Assembly: GCA_964016885.1 (NCBI GenBank)
Contig: OZ024743.1
Coordinates: forward strand, 9,796,001-9,860,000
DNA: 64,000 nt
DNA from: Eledone cirrhosa
Taxonomy: Eukaryota
Direction: 5' to 3'
In this document: piece by piece, positions 37,523-53,294 of the stretch
Layout of the letters: every line of letters begins with the position of its first letter
Numbering within the stretch: the first letter of the stretch is position 1
The notes under the pieces: model-generated
The model's database searches: none
Told to the model about the DNA's origin: nothing
Seen by the model: only the letters and a program-made list of their open reading frames with translations
Program-made: the position numbers and the translations under genes

Positions 37523-40500
37523 ATCTGTAGGTTACTGCAAACAAGATGACAATGAGCCCAATACCAAATATATAATTATATATTTATCATATTACGGAAA
37601 TCACTTTCTGTTCCTACTTTCTTTGATTCCTGCTGATCACGTGACTGGCAATAATGTTTTACATAACACAGTTTTACATGGAAAATATATGTATATGTGT
37701 AGAATATTTAAAGTTTAGTTTGCTAAAACAAACTGTCAATTCTACCTAATTAATTATCTAACATATATTATCCGGCCACATATTTTCCATATATACAGTC
37801 AGGTAAATTATTTCCAGTTAAGTAATCAATGGATGTACCTAACTCTTAGAAATAATAAAGAATAGTCTCAGCAATATAATAGATAAATGAATTTATCAAG
37901 CACTACCCATATTTGGGGTCATCCTAGTCCTCCCGCCATTCCTATTACAGCGAACTCCTGCTGATCACGTGGTGTACTAACATTACCTAATTTTCTGCAC
38001 ATGGTTGTTCATCTAGGAACACTGTATATTTGAAACAGCATTTTATTTTATTACCTTTTATTTAAAATGTGGTATACATTTATGTTGATGTCTTGCTGGA
38101 GCTGACGTATTAGGTTAAGCAGAAATTAATATCATTTTGTATTTTGATGGCAATGCTGTTGGCAACACTGGTGCCAAATTGTATTGAGTTTTGGCTTTTT
38201 TCCATTTGGCACAGGAGTGTATGGAGAGGCAACAACTGAATACATATCCAACTACATCTATTCTATGATCTCGTGATACAAATGGTGGCTCCAGATCTGG
38301 GTTTATCCATAGGATTTCCAGGCAATCTAAATTTTTTAGTAAGCATCCAAAATATTTGATGATTTCAAGGTGTAAAATTAAGGAGATATACTATATAATC
38401 AAAGAATATCCAGCTATTATCAACTTTTCTTTTTATTCAGTTGTAAGTTGCTTCAAGGTTTAGTACAATCCAATGAGTTTACAAATCATATATAAATGCC
38501 GAGTGAGATATGTTTTGAAGATTTCGCTATTTTCTCTAACATAAAATGACTACATAGAAACTAATTCGCTTTGGTTAGATTGTTTTGCTTATGCGGGTAA
38601 ATTAATATTCTTTTACTTATATTTTGGTCTGCTTACTTGAACATTTTAGTCTGGTAGGTTGCGATTGGTCTTCCGGGGCATCACTTCTGGTTATATTTCT
38701 TTTGATAGATTTTTAAGATATTGATGAATATTTTGTTCCTTTATACTTTTTTGTTTCACATCAGTATTTTGAACTGTTTAAACAGGACATTCTATCGATG
38801 AGTTCTTTCAACAATTACTTTGAATCATATATCTCTAGCTTCAACATTTAATTTCTTTAAAATGTAACGTACTTATATTAAAGTATCTTCATCATGATGC
38901 CTATGCTTATAAATTAAAAAATAGAAAAAGAAAATTTTGTTCAGGTATACATTTTGGATGATAGAGCGATGAATCTAAACAATGATAGTTAAAAATCAAA
39001 TTAGTTGGAGAACTGAATACCTGTTTTGAATTATTGAATAGCCGAATTTCATAAATTTTCAATTATATCATCCCATGTTTCTACAATGTTACAGTCTATT
39101 GTCTATTGTTAAATGTGACGTTTTGTCAATGTACCATGTAATGTATAATTTGCAAGCAGTTTGCAGTAGCCCATTTAAACTTATATTACTTTAAGGGAAG
39201 GTGCTTTTATTTCTGCATTTATAATACATTAGGAAAGAATTTCATCATATCATGTATATGAAAAATATTTTCTTTACCTTAACTATTTTCTTAAATGGAC
39301 TTTATTGTTTATGATTTCATTTTAGATTTCAATTTATTTTATTCTTTGTCTCCCCGTTGGTAGTTATATTTTTGCAATGAAGTATTTATTTTTATGTTTA
39401 ATGCATCTATCAGCTAGTGAGAGATGACCTTTGCTGTAAGGAAGATTTAATTCTTATTTATATGTGCTTTATACCTGAGGTTATTTGAAACTTTTAATAT
39501 AGTGTTGTAATAACATGCCATTCTTCTCGTTTCTATAGTAAAATAGCTTTGTTATCTAAATATATTATACTATCAGGGTTGTTATCAATATTCATAACAA
39601 AGTTAGATTTAACCCAATTCCCAAATCCAGTAGTTCATATTTTGAATTTCTTACATAAAACTAGTAGCAATAAGTATCATGTGATTACACACTACCTTAT
39701 TGCAAAATTTCTTTTACAATAAACGTGGTGATCAACATTAATGTGTAAAAGTGTAGCGTGAAAGAGTAAGTCAAGATCAGTGGAGAACCAAGATAAACGA
39801 TTACAAGTCTTCAATTCCATGTTTTGAGTTCAAAGCTAGGCGAGATCAACTTCACCCTTCATCTTCTGGAGCCGATAGTAACACGGAGAGTACGATTTAG
39901 TTGAATGTGATACCCTACAAAATGCAATCAAATAAAAGTCGTAATATCTAGTAAATAATATTTATTACGAATACTTTCATGCGAGCACAGAAACAAGTAA
40001 AATTTCAAACAAAAAGTATTAAATTCAATTTGCATAAATAGGTTATTCTTTCATCCTAAATAATTTATATAACCTTTTTGCTTCTGCTTCAGATGTGCAT
40101 CGTTAGAGCTTAAAGATTATATAATGTTGCCTGATTATTCTGTTGACATCATAAATAAGCTATTTGTATAGGGCATTCCAACTCGCGTCAATTACTTTCA
40201 GCTATATTTGAAAATAACTACAAAGTTGCCTTATAAACCTAATATTTACGTTACATATTTGATGTTACTGTAATAATAAATTCAATCGATTTCAAAGTAT
40301 CTATATAAAACATGCTTAGCTTCCATAAACGGCTATATCTTAAGGGTGTAACGGACTTCTTTTATTCTAGATCAACAATATTCAGTCATTACATAATACA
40401 TTAAAAAATTAGTTTAATGTACGCATTTATACATGACAGCCTATAGGTGTATTTACTAGATTATATATATCCTAACATCACTATCATTAGTTACAAGTGA

Positions 40501-41496
40501 CAATTTAATATAGCTGTTACCATAATTAAACAGTGCTCTTTACTTAACTATCAAACTGTGAAGGCTTCTGGCAACACACTCCCATTGATATATACGTACA
40601 CAACAAGATTTATTATTGAACATATTATATGTAAACCCCTTTGTTTGTAAAGTCGGTGAGAATATTATAAATGAATTTAACACAAAAATCTAGAATGGCG
40701 ATTGAACTAATATGGTAATAAAAGCATCAGAGAATATTATAAGCGAACTATGTGTCAAAATATAGTTAGTTATTGTAATGATTCTCATTTAGTATATATG
40801 ACGGATATGATATTTACAAGACAAATAAAGAGATTAGGAAAATTCCATTAATTGTGTTACTGTTCACATCCATTTCTACATACAATTTAAAAGAATATGT
40901 TATGTTTAATCAACAACTTACATTTGTGTATGTTGCATATATTTATATTTATGATAAAGAGCAGGAATCTTTCATTTCATTCATATAATAATTTTCATTT
41001 CATATAATTCAAATGAAAGGAAAATGGTTTCAGAAAGCAGTGGAAATGTGAGAAATACTGTTTAAAGTGAGAGGTATCGTTATATTTGAGATCTGAAATG
41101 GTGCACTAATTATCAGGCAAAACTGTCAGATCGATAATATCTGAATACTTCGAATTGACATTGTTCTATAGAGTGAATTGCTTGTTGCAAGATATTGAAA
41201 ATATTGATTAACATTCACTATTTCTGACATGACTTTCTCAGCTATAAGGGATAATATCTAATATGACTAAGCTTAATTCTAACTTTGCTGAGATGAATGG
41301 GATCTTGTATCCTCTGCTTCAATTCAAGCTGACAGAGAGATACCCAAGTAAAAATTTAGCTTCCTTGTATTACCGAAATCTATTATTGTGAAATTCATAC
41401 GACTTTTTGAAATTGTATTATTTTGTAAATTTTAACACTTTTGATTCGACACAGAACATATGTATAAATATTAAATTTCCTGGAATTATTAAGGTT

Positions 41497-41687
41497 CGGT
41501 GGATTGGCAGTATCGGTAGAGGGTCGGACGCCATGCTTTGACGCATTGAGTTACGGCCCTTGCCATTCTGAGTTCAAATCCCGCCGAGGTTAACTTTGCC
41601 TTTCATCCTTACGGGGTCGATAAAATAAAGTACCAGTAATACACTGGGTAATTGCTGGCCTTGTGCCAAAAGTAGAAACAATTATTA
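41497..41687 (+). mobile_element. SINE, tRNA-headed family
   Basis: Matches the other copies. Confidence 0.9.
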
Positions 41688-42364
41688 AATATAACCAATT
41701 AAATTTCTCTGATTTTAACAACTACTGCGGGTATACTATCAATGAAGCCCCCATGCATATAATATATACTGTACGTTTTGCAAATACAGATATTTCAGTC
41801 AAATGAGTTATATGGGATTACATTACGAAAGACTTATTTTATAAAATCACAGGTCTTTCAAATAAGTAGCTTTTTCGATTCGTCACCCTTAACATATAAT
41901 ATATTACTTTTGCTAGTGTTGTTATAAAGTTATCTTTCATCCAACTATTGAATGTTCGGAGACACTAGAGCACATTTTCTTCTTTTCGAATATTTAGAAA
42001 TTTAGTAAGAGACTTCCAACGTTCAGACACGTTGATATTAAATATAAGAAAAACATTTCATCTAGTAAAAGTTTAATAAAACTTTTGATTGTACGTTCCA
42101 AGACGCTATCATGTGTCGTCTCGGTGGAATTTATATGTCAATATAACCAAATACGTTTGATAGAAAGCACAGAAATGAAAGCGACGTATAGATTTCTACC
42201 TTTACATAAATCTATTTCATTTAAATGAATCAATTACGTTTTTTTTCTATATAATATATTTCTTTATTTGTTTGTTTGAATGTTTTCACTTTCTTACTAA
42301 TCATGCTTATGGAAGTAAATCTAACCCACATGCCACCATCATAAATGAAAGTTAAGATTCAGTC

Positions 42365-43320
42365 AACACCGTAGTCCCGGCTTACAGATTGGAGAAGATA
42401 TTGCCCTGGAAAATGGTGACGGAGACGTGCTGGAACAGCCAATGCCCCTCGCGGGGCTCGCACTTGCGGTCAGTCAACTCCGTTCCGGTCTCAGTGAGTA
42501 GGGATGTGATCCGGAGGCAAAGAACGCAGAAAGTCTCAACTACAAACCTATTATAGTACGGCCGATAATTTGACAGTTTACCCTCTTCGCCCTGGCGGGC
42601 AGCAAAACCTCAGCTGGTTGCTGAACGCACCAGATTTCTGCTAGAGAAATCGGCACAACCTGTAGCATCCCAGATGAGAGACCTAACACCTCAAAACGGG
42701 AAGATTGAGATGCCATTAGTCCTTATGCCGTCCCCTCGGTTCAACTCCGCTGGCTTGAGCTGGGAAAGGAGGCTTGTACCGTCCAAACCATGCTTTATGA
42801 TCTCGTCGAGAGCAGCATGACATGGGAGGTGGCGATTTTGAAGGTCACGGTTTCTGATTCCAGTTGAAAGGAATGGTTCTGCGTTGAGCCAGCTACCACT
42901 GTGGGATTGGGAGTCCCAGCGAAAATATGCCAGACAGTACTCGTCACGCGTCCAAGGTGGTGGCTGCAAAGCTCTCTCCATCGTGATGAACGTTTACGAA
43001 CTTAGACTTGGATGAGTTAATATCAAGGCCGATCTTGACATCATGACGGACAGTCTCTGTGGGCCCACCTATCGTTGCATCGTCCAGGCACTAGATGTTA
43101 AGAGGCGTGGTGATGCTGCGAGCAAAGTTTTCTACCCCGAGTGCGAAGTTGAGGGGAATTAACGCACCGCCCTGTGTGACGCCGGGTGAATATTGTATGA
43201 CTTTATCGGCAGTGAGGAGCATACTTTGAGATCAGCATGATAGGTAGGCCAAATAGTAGGCACATGGGACACTACTGGCAACTGGAAACCTTGAGGGGAA
43301 ACTTCCGAAGTTTTCTGAAC
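42365..43320 (-). mobile_element. Degraded CRE-clade LINE, second copy with RT remnant
   Basis: Minus strand CLDDATIGGP (YLDD region, ~43060-43090), SGSWLNA, HAALDEIIKHGLD, LIWDATG; homologous to 28720-29900. Confidence 0.8.
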
Positions 43321-43698
43321 CGATCAACATTCACCAGCATACATTGCAACATGTTCCTATTGTGCTCTCTTGCTCTTTCTTCTGAACGCACGTGATTGTC
43401 GTGGCTGCTTTTGGTTTTCCTATTTTCTTTTTCCCGTCGCTGTTTTGGGGGGCGGGGCAGATATTTTAATTTTCTGCTTCTTTCAGGTATCCAATGTTTG
43501 ATTGGTAGATAAGAATTCAGGATAGATTCTAACTCCGAAAGTGAAATAACTTAAGCCAGAGATGCACCAACTGCAACTTTTGTTGTATGGTGTAGCAGTG
43601 AATTTACTGGTCGATAATACTGAAGTGTTATTGAGAATACATATAAATTCATACGTACACACACGAAAGACATACACACACAAACAAACACACATTCA

Positions 43699-43890
<192 letters not shown>

Positions 43891-44699
43891 TTTCTTTGAA
43901 ACGTTTGTTCTCTTGGATTTCGACGATATGTTACAATTCCTAATTTAGAGGAAACTTTATGTCTCGTTGATGGATGACTGCTTCAGAGTTGGGTGTAAAT
44001 TTAGTTGATTGTTATCTTTAGCATTGTTTGTCTCATGTCAGTGTAAATTCTTTTTCTGCTTGTAACTGTAAATATTAAATGGGTGATACGAGGGGGTGGC
44101 TTCAATCCGTTTTTTTGGGGTTGTGGTCAAAATATTTCGCGTTGTTTATTTTTTCATTTGTTGTTGTAATAAAGTTAAATCTGTCATTGTAGTAGAGAAC
44201 ATTATTTTAAATGAAATATTGCTATAATGTAAAGAAGAATTGATGTTACTGTCTCTGTTTCTCCAAAATACTGCGTTGTCTTAAATTTGTAACACCCTGA
44301 TGTCTTCTTTTCATACAGAAAGGTTTCCATTACAGTGGTGTTTTATAAGTTGGCAGCTTGATGTTTCATTCTAATAATGCAAGTTTTCGCTGTCGCTAGT
44401 TAAGGCATTGTAGTTTTCAGTTTCAGCCTTCGTTGTTTAACGATATCTGCGGGATAAAACAAAATTTGATTTGTGTGATGTGATGTATCAGCTTCTTTTA
44501 TTCCTTCCTAGATGGAAGTAAATGGAAGTCAATATCGAGATCCGAGATAAAATATGGATATTGTAATCGTGTTGCAGTTATGGCAAAAGCGTAACTCTAT
44601 GCTCATTGGGTTAACGTTTAAGTACTTGAGCATTCTATTGTTACATACACCATTAATGGAGTCTCAGGGAAATTTAATGTGACACAGTGTATGAAAATA

Positions 44700-44863
44700 A
44701 TGACACTTTCAATTACAGATACAACTCATTTCTGTTAGCTGACTGGACTGGAGCAATATGAAACAAGGTGTCTTATTCAAGGCCCCAATAAATCACGCGG
44801 AATCGAACTCACAGCCGTATAGTCACAAGTTGTACACCCTAACCTCTATGGCACGCGCCTTCA
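44700..44863 (-). mobile_element. CORE-type SINE, diverged
   Basis: GACTGGAGCAATATGAAACAAGGTGTCTTATTCAAGG..GGAATCGAACTCAC; similar to the 26400 copy. Confidence 0.65.
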
Positions 44864-45059
44864 CGGTGTTTACTTATTCATATATATGACACGAGCATTC
44901 GCATATATGGCATGGGTGACAATTTACTGAATTGATTATGAATGTTATTTCCAACACCGTCTGAAACTTAGAATTAGCATGCAAAGATTTACTACAAACA
45001 ATATAACGAACATCGGCAGGTAAACAGAAACATTTTAGTTGTAGATCTAGAGGAAAGCG

Positions 45060-45580
45060 ACATTAAAACGATTCAAAGATGTCTTCATCGTACTATATGA
45101 CTATGAGGCAAGATGTAGTGACCAAAATGCTATATAATCCAATCCATAGAAGGGATTGTTCTAACGATAAACATAACACATTTCCAGCAATGTGACTCAA
45201 TGCTATATGAAAGTATACTGGTGAAATATATCTGTCAAAACACCAGTACAATGTTACCATAACAGACTAGCTATAAAGACATGAGACAGAGAAAAAGACG
45301 TATGCACAGTAGCGGAAATCAGCTGCCCAGAATATATTAAATAATGTTAAAGATTAGGAAAAATACATCTCTGACGGACTAATCTGCAAATATGCCAGCA
45401 TGACTAAAGCGCTAGATTTGTACCTGTGACAATCGAAGCACATGGATAGTTACTAAATACCTCATTACAAATCTTGACAAATCGGGGTTCACAAAACCAG
45501 ATAGAACATGGCTAAGTAGTAATTTACAAGTATAAGCCATTAATGGGACTGTAAACATATGTACAACATATCAGACATTT
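45060..45580 (+). mobile_element. R4/Dong-like LINE C-terminal endonuclease remnant
   Basis: YW*NISVKTPVQCYHNRL, CTVAEISCP and VPVTIEAHG resemble the WNxxI..HNRPD..EISCP..VPxxIGALG pattern. Confidence 0.6.
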
Positions 45581-46239
45581 ACCACTCAATTACATCACTG
45601 TACGTGTAGATTTAGAAACGCATGTGTATGTGTAGATATATAATTCAAAACATAGAGTCACAAACATCAAATGACATATATGACCGCATACGTAATGCAG
45701 GCAGACAAATATGTATACTTACCTCGTTCCGGCCTCTCTATTGGTGAGAAATTGAAATAAAGTATTACCGGAAGAGTATGCATACATACATACATACATA
45801 CATACATACATACATACATACATACATACATTTCCCTGCTATGAACCTGCCTATTTCCAGAAATACCATGCATCGCAAAAAATGTACATACATACATATA
45901 TAGATACATACAGACATGCATAAATACATACATATATACATACTTACAAATATATGCGTTCTTGATACGTTGTTTTCTCCTACCTTTATATTGCTCCTCT
46001 AAACAAATCATAATTATTTTACTATATTCTTCTCTTCGTTTCTTATTTCATAAGATTTTATTTTTTGTTGGAAAGTGTTGTGTGGCATGACAGTTTTCAG
46101 GACACTTGATACTGGTTGAAGGAGGGAGGAGGATATTCTTAAATCAGTGGTATTTCCCGAATACTTGCAACAGTATGGACCCAACATCCAGGTTATGGGT
46201 TTAATCCAGGCGATGATTTATAACTTCTAAAAACTATGA

Positions 46240-46410
46240 ACCAATTACTGCAAAGCATTTCGTCCGACACTTTAAAAATTCCATCAATCTATGGGTATCA
46301 ACCCCAGGAGGATGAAAGGATTTGAACTTGGCGGAATATAAACTCAGACCGCCAAGAGCTAACACAAATATCGCAAAACATTTTGTCCTATGCTTTAACG
46401 ATTCTGCCAG
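46240..46410 (-). mobile_element. Degraded SINE pieces
   Basis: GGATGAAAGG, AACTCAG and CGATTCTGCCAG remnants. Confidence 0.55.
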
Positions 46411-47149
46411 TTTTAATATTATCTGTAAATATTTAGAATATTTACTTTTATCCGTACAATAATATCCAAGATGACTTTAGTAATGATATATTTCACTGCA
46501 ACAAATTAAATTTAGATTGTAACGTGATATAAATATAACTTCTATTTCTATAATACATAGATTGATGATACCTCTTCTTGATTGATTACCTTTAAAAAGA
46601 AATTCTATACACTTACATTAGATTTGAATACAAACAATATATCACAATTAACAATTTTATTCAATCCTCAATCTAATAAAATACCCACAAATGAGCAGCT
46701 TTTTCCTTTTTTTTTAAACACAGATTGAGCAAAATTAGAACTGGATAAAATCTCTGGGGTGTATAACTAATATTGTACTTTAGTTACGACTAGCTCATCT
46801 TTAAGCAATTTAAAATCAATAATTGGTTTTACAATTTATTTATATATTCCAAACAGTATGAATAAAAACTTATTTCAGTTTTCTTCAAAAAATTATATGA
46901 CTGACTGAATATTTTCCATCAATATATATTTCCCCAAACGAAAGGTTGTAACATTTTCAAACATTTCTGAAGATATTATTTCGTCGTATAATATACTCGT
47001 CAAATCACTCTTCATTAGAATGTTTGTTATACAGAAATGAAATAGATAAAAGTGAAAAATATATGTTTATATACATATATATAAATAATAATAATAAAAT
47101 TATTGTGTACAGTGCTCAGGTGCACTACAATATATATATATATATATAT

Positions 47150-47155
47150 ATGTGT

Positions 47156-47237
<82 letters not shown>

Positions 47238-47260
47238 GCGTGTGCGTGCGTGTGTGTGTG
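47150..47260. repeat. (TG)n microsatellite
   Basis: Directly visible. Confidence 0.95.
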
Positions 47261-47786
47261 AGTTTGTGTATATATGTGTGTGTTGGTTGTATGTTTCAGT
47301 TATTTATGAAGTGTCTTGAGTATGTTGGAAGGAATCATACTCATATCAGATCTCGCCGGACTTATTATGCCAAAGTAGTTGAATGTGTATATTAGATAGA
47401 TGACATATTAAAGAATATTCAAACGCAAATGTAATTCTCTCGACTAAGATTGAAACATGCAGCTAATTAAATATTCTCTTGAATACATTTGTGATTGTCT
47501 TTCTATGCTCTCTATCGTAAATCGAGTAAAAGGGAATTGAATAGTTGTAATTATCAAACATTATGCATCTATCACTATATTATCCAAATTGTCTCCACTG
47601 CTGAAAAATGTAGCTTGAGTTTTATTCGTGATTTGGATGATATCTTTGGTAGATCAAGCCATCGCATGAAAGAATCTTCTTGATTCTTCATAAAACAGTT
47701 TTCTAGTATCTAAGAATTAGTTATTCTATTCAGGGTATAATTCAATGATAGATTATTCGAATGATATGATATTACTAATAAATAAT

Positions 47787-47953
47787 TACAAGTGTCGCCT
47801 GAAAGGTTCATAGGCTGACCAAGATACTATCATAGAATGAACATAGTTTCTAGAAAAAAACAATGCAGTTATTAATAAGACGAGTTGAAGTTATTATAGT
47901 TCTAGCATTAGTCCTTCATAGTCAGTATATGAAACTTTTAGCCAACCCTCGTA
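47787..47953. mobile_element. Tc1/mariner-type MITE
   Basis: Right end read inward TACGAGGGTTGGCTAAAAGTTTCATA vs left TACAAGTGTCGCCTGAAAGGTTCATA; TA at both ends. Confidence 0.65.
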
Positions 47954-48189
47954 TATTGGTGAAGAAGTATTTTGTTGAGATGAAATTAGTTTGAGTGTTT
48001 ATTCTGCTTATGTATTATTGTTAATTTGAAGTAAATCAGAAATAGAGTGGAGAAAGTAAAGTGATGAGTTCTTAATCTTTTTTATATCAAACAGTCTGAA
48101 ACCTCTTCCGGTTCTATTACAGACAATTGGATATTTTAACGTGTTCACATTCATCTAAAAACCCCCATCATAATTTTATGTAAGAACGA

Positions 48190-48480
48190 TCTCTCAATTC
48201 TCTGAATTGAGAGATCACAGCTCCGATATTATGGGCATGTGGTTAAAATGTCTAAGGAAAGAATCGCTGGACAGATTTCACGGGCAAAACCAACCGACAG
48301 TAGACACAAAGGTGCACCTCGAGCAAGATGGTTGTATAACATCCATGAGCTTGGCTGGTTTCGTTTGAGGATCCAGCTTGGTCAGTTAGATACAGTTGCT
48401 TCTGTCAGGACCCGCTGGAAAACGTGTCTGAGGACTCTGCCCCAGGAAACTCTCAGGAATAAAAATAAGAAGAATAAGTA
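48190..48480 (+). mobile_element. RTE-clade LINE 3' end
   Basis: IERSQLRYYGHVVKMSKERI..KGAPRARW; A-rich AAGAAG tail. Confidence 0.8.
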
Positions 48481-49554
48481 CCAAATCTCAGCTTAATAAC
48501 GTGAAAGTGATATTACTTAGTCACTCTAAATTCTTCATAATTTGAAATCCATAGGCAATATCGTTTATTAGAGATACGGTAACGAATGGGTTAAAGTAAA
48601 TATAATAAATGGATCTGTAGAAAGGAGAAAGCGAATAACTTGCAATAATATAATGTTTGAACAGTTTTGGTAATTTTCCAGTTCATAAGATGAATGTTTG
48701 CTGTTTTATAACATGTACATGTCTGCTTATGGAAGAGGAGCATACTTTCGACGTCTCCGAAGTATATATAGCATTCTCAACTAGTGTGTCTTCCCTTGGA
48801 GAATATAATATAGATGGGATTAGAAGATAAGGGAATTTCGATAAATTACTGTGTGATCTGCTTCATCATTACATGTAGATGAATGCATTCTTCTTTGAGA
48901 GATTCCTACTTCAAAGACAATAATTCTCATCTTTTTTAAAGAAGCTATCATTAAAAATCGTTAGTATACAACAAAAGGATGTTTGACATGGCGTCTATTC
49001 AACAAATATAACTGAGAAGCTTCTACTTAGGCCCTCAGTCTTCTAATGCTAGCAGCGAAATCCCCCCCCCCCCCCCAAAAAAAAAAATCATACGTCCACC
49101 GACTTAAAAAGAAGGGATATATTAGATATTTTGGATGGAGTGGTTAGGCCCGAAGGCATTTAAAATTTTTCGTGGATCAGGTTCGAAATTGTATTAAACA
49201 ACAACAGCTAATCTCGCCAATGAGCCAGCATTGTTTATAATCAGTGAACCTCAGGAGAGTGAACGTATTTTTCTTGACAGTTATAACATGGAATGATATT
49301 TAGTTTTCATTTTTATACAAAGTGCAATATACTCTCACATAAACCTATACTAATACAATACGTACCTATATGACTTATTCACAACATACTACTCACACAC
49401 GAATGAACAACTCGTATGCACACATCACATACACAAATGTACACAAACATATGAATCGCTCATACATTACGTCCATGTAATACCATACTCTTCGCTGAAA
49501 ACCTCTTTTCATTTCTTAACCCACTGTTTCATTTACTAACATAATTACCCTCTT

Positions 49555-49930
49555 CCTTTTCGAAGAAGGGAAATCCTTCATCTGTGACGTGTCATGCTGT
49601 GACACGTTCCCCGCCTCCAGCTTAGTCACCTCGGCCCCAAATCCTGATACCGCAACTCGCAATGCAGAGGACAGGAAGCTAAATAAATACCGGAAATCGT
49701 CCGGTCGCTTCTCTTTGCACCAGTCACCGTCTTGACCTCAGATTTCCTCGGACCTCGGACAGCTGACCTCCTCCGTAAAATTGGATCGATAGCAGCCCGT
49801 CTGAGGAAGGACCCCCGTGAGGTGGGGTGGCTGTTGCCGCATGTGCAGCTGGCCATTGTCAGCGGAAATGCCCTTGCCATTTTGCACACGGGGCGCAGTA
49901 GAAACACCGCCCTGATGTATGTGTAGAGTC
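49555..49930 (+). mobile_element. CRE-clade LINE 3' fragment, third copy
   Basis: LGPRTADLLRKIG..DPREVGWL..LAIVSGNALAIL, homologous to the 28720 copy C-terminus. Confidence 0.8.
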
Positions 49931-52259
49931 TGTCACCCTCCCCATTCCTCTTTCTTTCTTTCTTTGTTTAGTAGTCCTTGTTCTATTCCTCATTTTCCTT
50001 TCATTCATGGCGTTTATAGCCCTTTCAAATACAATTTACTAACTAATATTTCGGCCACAACAAATTTTCTTTCGTTTCGTTTCTTTTCTTCTTTTCTTTG
50101 GAGCAGGATAAACAATCAAAAAAGTAATATTTATAGGTTTACTACATTCGAGCGTGAAATTAATATCAATATTATATTTCTCTTATTTGTTTGCTGTCCT
50201 TAAGATAGTTATTTATATATATTTGCGTGCGAATGTATTATTATGATTAATTCATATTTAATTAAATAATTAAGACTTCATGACCGTTGCTGTAGTTTCC
50301 GAGACCAAGACGTCACGTTAAGGTATAAATAAACATACCATTATTATACGCCATATATAATCACGTTTGTTGCATCCAATTGTGTACAGTAAGTGTGATT
50401 AATATTCACATTTTAAAAACTAAAGAGAAATGGATATAATAGTTCCCGAGGGATACATTATCCGTAAAAAGGGTTCACTATTTTTAAAGTCGAAGCATGA
50501 TATTCACAAAAACAAAAATATTGTGATAGAAATTGAGAAGTCATAGAGAAATGAATACAGGATGATTCATGACATATTAGTGGCTGTAAAATATGAATCA
50601 ATTTGTCTGAAGAAACTTGTGAACTCACAATGTTATAATTAAAGAAACAACACATTTAACACGTGTATTGGAAGTGTGTGCGCGCGCGTTTATTTATGTT
50701 TGTATACTCGTGCGTGATCACGAAATTAGATATTTGATATTTAAACTCAAATTTTTTAAACTCAATGACATTTGATTCACGGCATTTTTCAACTAAAATG
50801 TTACATTCCAGTACAGTAAGTAATCTATTTATTGAAACAAGGGGATTAAATGTATATATATTAACCGTAATACCGTTGAAAAACGTGTCAGTCAACCAGC
50901 CCCAAGCTACGGTTCATTCTTTCTTCATTGAAAGACGACACGAAACAGAAGGTGACCGTCGGGTATAAACGAACGAAAATAGAACTATTTTCTTATTGGC
51001 TTTTGGCAAGAATTTAGTTGAACAGAATCCAATTTCTATTGTAATTCGAACGCTAGATGAAAGTATAATCAATTTTAAGACACGTTCTTCTGGGGTAAGA
51101 AGAAACAACAAACAACGGAAATAAATATATACCATTAGAATTGATAACTGCTTCAGTGTGACATGTAGTGGTGATGACAGCGTCAATGTAGTTAGGAGAG
51201 TTGTTTATTGGGACCGTTTGCATGGTGATGTCTATGGTTATAGTCATAGTTTAAAAAGCTGCATAGTTTGGAGAATGAAGTTTCTATTAGAAATAGAGAG
51301 CATTCACTACCAAATTTCCCTGCTTTTGATTTGATTACATTGATTTGCCAAATCCCATTCAGATTTTTTCCTTATTAATTAAAATTATCAGAACTACTGA
51401 GAATATTTTTCGATGAATCTACTTTCCACAAAATTCTTTATGACCTCAATCATCTAATCTATTTTCGATTTTTTTTCATCAGGACAGAAATCAATCAGAA
51501 CAGGCAAAGAAAACGAAAACTAACAAATGCTGTAAATCTTTCAGAAAATGGATGCATATCACATTTCTTCTATTGAAGATTCTTCAAAAAATTAAAAAGA
51601 AAACAAAAAAAGGAAATATTTCATTTATTCTTTTCTCTGGAGTCAGATGAAAGCGATGGAAAAAGCATTCATCTAAACGAACAATTTTCATCTTTTGTCG
51701 AGTAATTTTAGCCCAAGAGATTAGAAGAAAATTCGCAGTTCTGAAAAATTAAACAAGTTATCCAATATCGAAACAAGCGCAGACGTAATAAAACTCCTTC
51801 ATAACAATGAAACTAAGCAATTTAGAAGGTAATTTAATTTCTATCTTTCCTCATTTCGTAAATCTAGGATGTTATAGTAACTGCTGTAAGTATTTCCGTG
51901 GTAATTTGAACAATGATGTTTCAGTCGCCTGACATAATCTTCTTAATATAGTTAATCAGTTGTCGTTGATGTTGTTGATAACGTTGCATTAATAACGTAA
52001 GTGTTTGTAAATCTGATTTTACACACATTGATAATGTTAGTGTTTGTTGATCAGATATTATATATGCAAACGTGAAGACATGTGACTTAGTGGCTTAGAT
52101 GTTCGATTCACGATTGTATTCTTTAAGATATTTGGATTTTTTTAATTAGATACTCTGTTTCCATCTCCTGAAATAAGGCTACGCTTTCCATTTTCTTCAG
52201 TTTCTACAACTTTTTTCAATCTTTTGTTGGGCGAAAGGGGTATACGAGGGTCTGATAAA

Positions 52260-52427
52260 TCGGCTGGCAGTATCACTAGAGCGTCTGACGTCATGCTTTG
52301 CAGCAAAGAGTTACGGCCCTTTATGGTCTGAGTTCAAATCCCGCCAAGGTTAACTTTGCCTTTCATCCTTACAGGTTCAACATTGGGATAATTGCTGGCC
52401 TTGTGCCAAAAGTAGAAACAATTATTG
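52260..52427 (+). mobile_element. SINE with an internal deletion
   Basis: Head, B box and tail present; part of the central body missing. Confidence 0.8.
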
Positions 52428-53216
52428 TTAATGCATTCAATCTGTTGATATCCGAATAATATTTGTTTTATGGACAGGGTTTCTTACAAGGCCCTGTTGT
52501 ACTTTTCTACATCTACTTATTTGTGTTTAAGTTGGGAAGGTTTTTACTGGCATCTATTTTCGTTTTGGCTTCTGTCAGATTGCCTAATTTTTCCAATAAA
52601 CAGATCTTTAAATAGCTGTGATATACTGAGATTTCCTTTGAATCTATAATTCCTTCCTCTCAGCTATTTCCTATATAAGAAATACAATGCTTGTGTTATT
52701 ACTATCAGTATTATTTCTAACATATTTTCTCCAGTTATCTTAACAAACACATATTTTTAAACAATTAACTTACCAGAATATTTCCATTAATTAAATTATA
52801 GGAATATCAAATTGTCTCAGAATTATAGTCTTTAGATAATTCAATGCTGAAATATTTTATAGATTATTAATTTACTAGATATGAATAAAGCATAATAAAT
52901 CATCTACGCATAATATATCTATATTAACACTTCATACTATGTATTTTGAATAAGTCAACTAAGAGGAACATGTCCCTCTTTAAACAGTATACCACTGCTA
53001 TAGTGTATACATACATACTTGCATGAACACACACACCCTCCACATATATATATATATTAATTTATCGATAAGATTTTGTAAACCACGTGGACTCAACTAC
53101 CTTTCCCAATTTCATTAATCTTGTATACATCCGCTCACGTTGTCCTCTATACCCCCAGCCAATGTCACACAAGCACACGCACAGCCTCTAGGTTCCTATG
53201 CTTCTGTTACGGTCAG

Positions 53217-53294
<78 letters not shown>
